A stretch of DNA of 64,000 bases from Myxococcales bacterium. GTDB lineage: Bacteria > Myxococcota > Myxococcia > Myxococcales > Myxococcaceae. The notes beneath the pieces were generated by a model. It made no database searches, was not told the DNA's origin, and worked only from the letters and a program-made list of their open reading frames with translations. Shown piece by piece: positions 60,143-64,000 of this stretch. The stretch is taken from assembly GCA_030696265.1 (NCBI GenBank), contig JAUYSO010000017.1, forward strand, positions 72,368 to 136,367, written 5' to 3'. Positions within the stretch are counted from its first letter, which is position 1; each line of letters opens with the position of its first letter. Both the position numbers and the translations under genes were made by a program.

Positions 60143-60426
60143 CGGTCGAAGGCGAGTGCGCTCCGTGCGCATCCTGATGCCTGCTCCCAAGTCACCCGAA
60201 GCCTCCAGCGGCGCGGGAGTGCAAGTCCGAAGTTCGCCGCCCGCGGAGCAGGCTCGAGGCGCGTGGCCACGCGGGCTTTCGAGGTCGAGTGCCGTCATCG
60301 CGCGCCCGTGACGAGGGCCGCGGGCGACGCGCAGGGCGATGCAGCTCCCGCGTCAAGCGGCAGACCCGCGAAGCCCTCACGACCCTGCGCTGCCGTGCGT
60401 GTGATGCGTGGAAGATCGACGGCGCG

Positions 60427-61068
60427 TCACGACGAGGAGAAGTCGCTCCACGGGTAGCCGCTCCACGCAGGCACTCCCACCGGCGACGGCAGCTCGAGCA
60501 GGGTGCGCTCGAGGTCGAAGTGACAGCGCCAGAGCGTGCGGCAGAGCGCATCGAGGACGTACCGGAGCGCGCGGTGCTGGGGCCGCTCGAGTTCCTCGAG
60601 GAACGGCAGCACATCGTGGATTCCGAGCAGACGCCGCACGCTGCCTCGGGAGAGCGGCTGCTGGCTGCGCTCGTCGACGATGGCCTGGCGGCTCAGCACG
60701 TCATTCACCAGCGCGTGGCCCCCTCGCACCTCGAGCACCTCGCGCAAGACGTTCGCGACGTGCCCACGATCGAGGAGGCGTCGACGCCGCTTCCACGGGA
60801 TCCGGGGGCGCAGGTCGAACGGCGCATGCCGCTCGAGGTGGCTCAACGCGTGGTCGCCGATGAGACCCTTTGGCAACACGCCGCGCAGGTGATGCAGCCG
60901 CGACGGCTTCGGCAGGTGCTTCGTCGTCTGCGTCGCCCAGCGGATGAAAGGGTTCACCTTGTCGGAGGAGCGACGACGCCACACCACGGCGCGCACCTCG
61001 ATCGTGCTGTCGTCGAACACGCCGTCGGCGTCGTCCCAGGCGTCGGGGTCGGCCGACAACGTCGCCAT
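60427..61068 (-). CDS. Hypothetical protein
   Basis: Start at the internal ATG 61068 (MATLSADPDAWDD...). 213 aa with normal composition. The upstream 110 codons of the ORF-track entry are discarded. Divergent from the ECF sigma gene. Confidence 0.4.
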   Translation of the reverse strand: MATLSADPDAWDDADGVFDDSTIEVRAVVWRRRSSDKVNPFIRWATQTTKHLPKPSRLHHLRGVLPKGLIGDHALSHLERHAPFDLRPRIPWKRRRRLLDRGHVANVLREVLEVRGGHALVNDVLSRQAIVDERSQQPLSRGSVRRLLGIHDVLPFLEELERPQHRALRYVLDALCRTLWRCHFDLERTLLELPSPVGVPAWSGYPWSDFSSS

Positions 61069-61323
61069 CACCTGTGACACCTCACGGCGCGTCGAGCGCC
61101 TGGCCTGAGCTTTGGCTCGCGCAGCCCCCCGCCACCTCGAGGGCAACAGCGACCGCGCCATGTCCCTCTCTTTGTCGGAGTGCATGGCCGGGCAGACGAC
61201 GCGCCCCCAGACACCTGACCCTGCACCCGAAAAGGCAGTCGTTTCGCGGACCTGCTTGAAATCGGGGCCAACAACCCCCATGAAACACCCGGAGCCCTCC
61301 ACCGTAGGGAGAACTGAGCCGGC

Positions 61324-61866
61324 ATGCAGAGTCCGAGCGATGAGGAGCTCATGGAGCGCTACCAACAGGGAGACGCACGCGCGATGGAAGCGCTCTTCGA
61401 GCGTCATGCCTCGGGCGTTCACGCGTTCCTCGGCCGCATGGTGAACGACCGCGCGCTCGCGGACGATCTGCTCCAGACGACGTTCCTGTCAGTGGTGCGC
61501 TCGGCTGATCGGTTTCAGCCGGGCCTCAAGCTCGTGCCATGGCTGCTCACCATCGCCGGCAACGCCGCGCGCGACACCCTTCGACGCAAGAAGCTGCAGG
61601 TCGAAGTGCTCCACGACGACGACGACGGCCCGGCGCTCGAGCCGTCGGTCGAGCCCGCCATGTCGGACCCCGGGCAGCGCCGGCGCATCGAGGCCGCGTT
61701 CGCGAAGCTGCCAGAGCAGCAGCGGGAGTGTGTGGTGCTGCACAAGCTCGAGGGCCTCTCGTTCGAGCAGATCGCCCAGATGCTGGAGATCAGCGAGACG
61801 GCGGCGCGAATCCGGGCGCACCGCGGCTACGAAAAGCTGCGCGAGCTTCTGGACGAACCCAATTGA
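61324..61866 (+). CDS. ECF-type RNA polymerase sigma-70 factor
   Basis: Region 2 (DLLQTTFLSVVRSADRFQ...WLLTIAGNAARD) and region 4 HTH (LSFEQIAQMLEISETAARIRAHRGYEKLR). 180 aa. Confidence 0.9.
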   Translation: MQSPSDEELMERYQQGDARAMEALFERHASGVHAFLGRMVNDRALADDLLQTTFLSVVRSADRFQPGLKLVPWLLTIAGNAARDTLRRKKLQVEVLHDDDDGPALEPSVEPAMSDPGQRRRIEAAFAKLPEQQRECVVLHKLEGLSFEQIAQMLEISETAARIRAHRGYEKLRELLDEPN

Positions 61867-61872
61867 GGCGCA

Positions 61873-62517
61873 ATGAGTGACGTGACGTTTCCAGCGCCGA
61901 ACCCTCCGACGAGTGACGCCCTCGCCAAGGCGCGCGCGGCGATGATGGCCGAGGCGACGTTGCCAAAGCGCGCCGGGTGGAAGGCGGGCGTCCTCAAGGC
62001 GTCTGGCACCGTGCTCGGCCTGGCGGCGGCGGTCGCGGGCGTGTTGCTCGCGGTCGGCGCCTGCACCCTCGACATGTTCTCGTCACGCGCCGTCACGCTG
62101 GCGGGGCTGTTGACCGTGGGCATCGTCACGATGTGGGCGTCGCTCCGGCCGCAGGGCCACGTGGCGCGGCTCGTCTCGCTGGGCCTGGTCGTTCTGTCGG
62201 CGGCGTTCATCGTGCTGGTTCGCGGCGCGGGCGCACCGTCACCTCAGCCAGAGTGGGTCTGCACCGTGAGCCATCTCGCCGTCGGCATCGCGCCGGCTGC
62301 GGTCGTCATCATGTTGCTCCGTGGTATGGCGCCGAACCGGCTGCGCAGCGTGCTGGCGGGCCTCGCCGCGGGCACGACGGGCGCCATCGTCGGAGAGTTC
62401 GGCTGTGGGCAGTCGGCTGGCCACGTCGCGCTGTTTCATCTCTCGGCGTGGGCGGCAGTCGCGCTGGTGGTCACCGTCATCTCGTCGAAGCTGACGCCGC
62501 GCTCGTACGCGCCGTAG
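61873..62517 (+). CDS. Anti-sigma factor, membrane (NrsF/DUF1109-like)
   Basis: Lies 7 nt after the ECF sigma gene. 214 aa with 6 predicted TM helices after a cytoplasmic N-terminal segment. Confidence 0.7.
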   Translation: MSDVTFPAPNPPTSDALAKARAAMMAEATLPKRAGWKAGVLKASGTVLGLAAAVAGVLLAVGACTLDMFSSRAVTLAGLLTVGIVTMWASLRPQGHVARLVSLGLVVLSAAFIVLVRGAGAPSPQPEWVCTVSHLAVGIAPAAVVIMLLRGMAPNRLRSVLAGLAAGTTGAIVGEFGCGQSAGHVALFHLSAWAAVALVVTVISSKLTPRSYAP

Positions 62518-62676
62518 CTCGAAGAGGCCGCAGCACGCGTCCACACTCGAGCCCGCGTTGCCTGAGCGAGGTGGCCGACCCCAGCGCGACGCCAGGGAGC
62601 TCGTGGTTGACGTGAAATCGCGTCAACTTCGATGCGCCCGGCGTCTGCGACCCCGCGCCTTCCGATGCCGACCCGG

Positions 62677-63858
62677 TCAGTTACGCCGGTACATCGTCAT
62701 CACGCACGCGCCGCCGAGGCCGAGGTTGTGCTGCAGCGCGACCTTCGCGTTCGGAACCTGGCGCTCCCCGGCCGTTCCACGCAGGTGCCAGACGAGCTCG
62801 GTGCACTGGGCGAGGCCGGTCGCGCCGAGTGGGTGGCCCTTGGAGAGGAGCCCGCCCGACGGGTTGACGACGAACTTGCCGCCGAAGGTGTTGTCACCGT
62901 CCCAGATGAACTTCTCGGCTTCGCCCTCGGTGCACAGGCCAATCGCCTCGTAGGTGAGCAGCTCGTTGGTGGTGAAGCAGTCGTGCAGCTCGACGACCTG
63001 CACGTCCTTCGGGCCCAGGCCCGCCTTCTCGTAGAGCTGGCTCGCGGCCGACTTCGCCATGTCGTAGCCGATCATCTTGATCATCGACTGCCCCTCGAAG
63101 CTGGTGGGGAAGTCGGTCGTCATGGTCTGCGCGGCGATGAAGACCGGGTTCGAGACGCCCTTCTTCTTCGCGAACTCGTCGCTGCAGAGGATGACGGCCG
63201 CGGCGCCACACGTCGGCGGGCAGCACTGGTACCGGGTGAGCGGATCGAACACGTCGGCGGACGCGAGGATCTCCTCGACCGACAACACCTCACGGAAGAG
63301 CGCGTACGGGTTCTTCGCGGCGTGCGTGCGCGCCTTCGCGGCGATCTTCGCGAACGTCTCCCGCCTGGTGTCGTACTTCCACCGGTACTCACGGCCGGCG
63401 CCACCGAACATCTGCGCGGCGAACGGCGCCTCGTTGACGCCCTGCTGCGCGTTCATCACGTCGACGTGTTTGTCGAGCGGGTTGGTGCGGTCGCTCCACT
63501 TGGCGGCGAGCGCGCCCTTCTCCATCTGCTCGAAGCCGACGGCCAGCACGCACTCGGCGAGCCCGCCTTCGATGGCCTGCCGCGCGAGGTAGAGCGCCGA
63601 GCTGCCGGTGGAGCAGTTGTTGTTCACGTTGATGACGGGAATGCCGGTCTGGCCGACGGCGTAGACGGCGCGCTGACCGCACGTGCTGTCACCGAAGACG
63701 TAGCCCGCGTACGCCTGCTCGAACTCCTTGAAGTCGACGCCGGCGTCCTTCATCGCCTCTTTGATGGCTCCGCTCGCCATCACCTCGTAGCCGTCGGAAG
63801 CGCCGGGCTTCTGGAACTTCACCATCCCCACGCCGATGACATTGACCTTGCGACCCAT
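62677..63858 (-). CDS. SCP-x-type (lipid-transfer-protein-like) thiolase
   Basis: Thiolase Cys region (VNNNCSTGSSAL); C-terminal CGAAAVILCSD, NPSGGLLSKGHPLGATGL, GLGGACV. 393 aa. Confidence 0.85.
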   Translation of the reverse strand: MGRKVNVIGVGMVKFQKPGASDGYEVMASGAIKEAMKDAGVDFKEFEQAYAGYVFGDSTCGQRAVYAVGQTGIPVINVNNNCSTGSSALYLARQAIEGGLAECVLAVGFEQMEKGALAAKWSDRTNPLDKHVDVMNAQQGVNEAPFAAQMFGGAGREYRWKYDTRRETFAKIAAKARTHAAKNPYALFREVLSVEEILASADVFDPLTRYQCCPPTCGAAAVILCSDEFAKKKGVSNPVFIAAQTMTTDFPTSFEGQSMIKMIGYDMAKSAASQLYEKAGLGPKDVQVVELHDCFTTNELLTYEAIGLCTEGEAEKFIWDGDNTFGGKFVVNPSGGLLSKGHPLGATGLAQCTELVWHLRGTAGERQVPNAKVALQHNLGLGGACVMTMYRRN

Positions 63859-63886
63859 GATGTGTGCCTTTCGTTGAAGGGGAAGT

Positions 63887-64000
63887 TCAGACCAGCTGCT
63901 TGAGGAACCCGAGGCGGTGCATCGGCTTCATCGAGCCGTCGATGCGCATGCCGCCGTGTTGGTAGAGGTCCTGCACGGCGCCGGTCTTCGCCAGCTCGGC
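63887..64000 (-). CDS. 3' end of a gene continuing beyond the right edge (hypothetical)
   Basis: Reverse translation reads ...AELAKTGAVQDLYQHGGMRIDGSMKPMHRLGFLKQLV-stop (TGA at 63887-63889), 28 nt upstream of the thiolase start. High GC3. Confidence 0.4.
   Translation of the reverse strand, partial: AELAKTGAVQDLYQHGGMRIDGSMKPMHRLGFLKQLV

Overview
This window is a very high-GC (about 70%) chromosomal segment with myxobacterial (Deltaproteobacteria/Myxococcota-like) character. Coding density is high, with about 56 genes, and almost every frame on both strands carries long spurious shadow ORFs, so calls rest on protein-level motifs and third-position GC. The gene content is typical of myxobacteria. 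It includes an FHA/sigma-54 activator, a Ser/Thr kinase with a PEGA/TPR partner, many lipoproteins, and an ECF sigma factor with its anti-sigma partner. It also includes two Dickkopf-like cysteine-rich lipoproteins, a DUF1501-type Tat protein clustered with three other exported proteins, two of which carry CxxCH motifs, and an MBL hydrolase followed by a zinc/manganese ABC importer operon. The standout is at 31014..33164: a 716-aa protein with unmistakable similarity along its full length to the eukaryotic major vault protein (MVP). It has vault repeats, an SPFH-like shoulder and a coiled-coil cap-helix, and is preceded by a near-consensus sigma-54 (-24/-12) promoter. Second-tier candidates are an ABC exporter whose two tandem permeases carry a periplasmic HExxH (zinc-peptidase-like) domain, intact in one copy and degenerate in the other, followed by an EF-G-like or ribosomal-protection-like GTPase, and a roughly 300-bp inverted-repeat element in a 3' intergenic region. 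There are also two places where coding signal switches frame: the nudC-like gene and an unassigned ORF at 14606..15156. No rRNA, tRNA, CRISPR array, transposase or prophage genes were recognised. All homology statements are from reading motifs by eye, not from searches.
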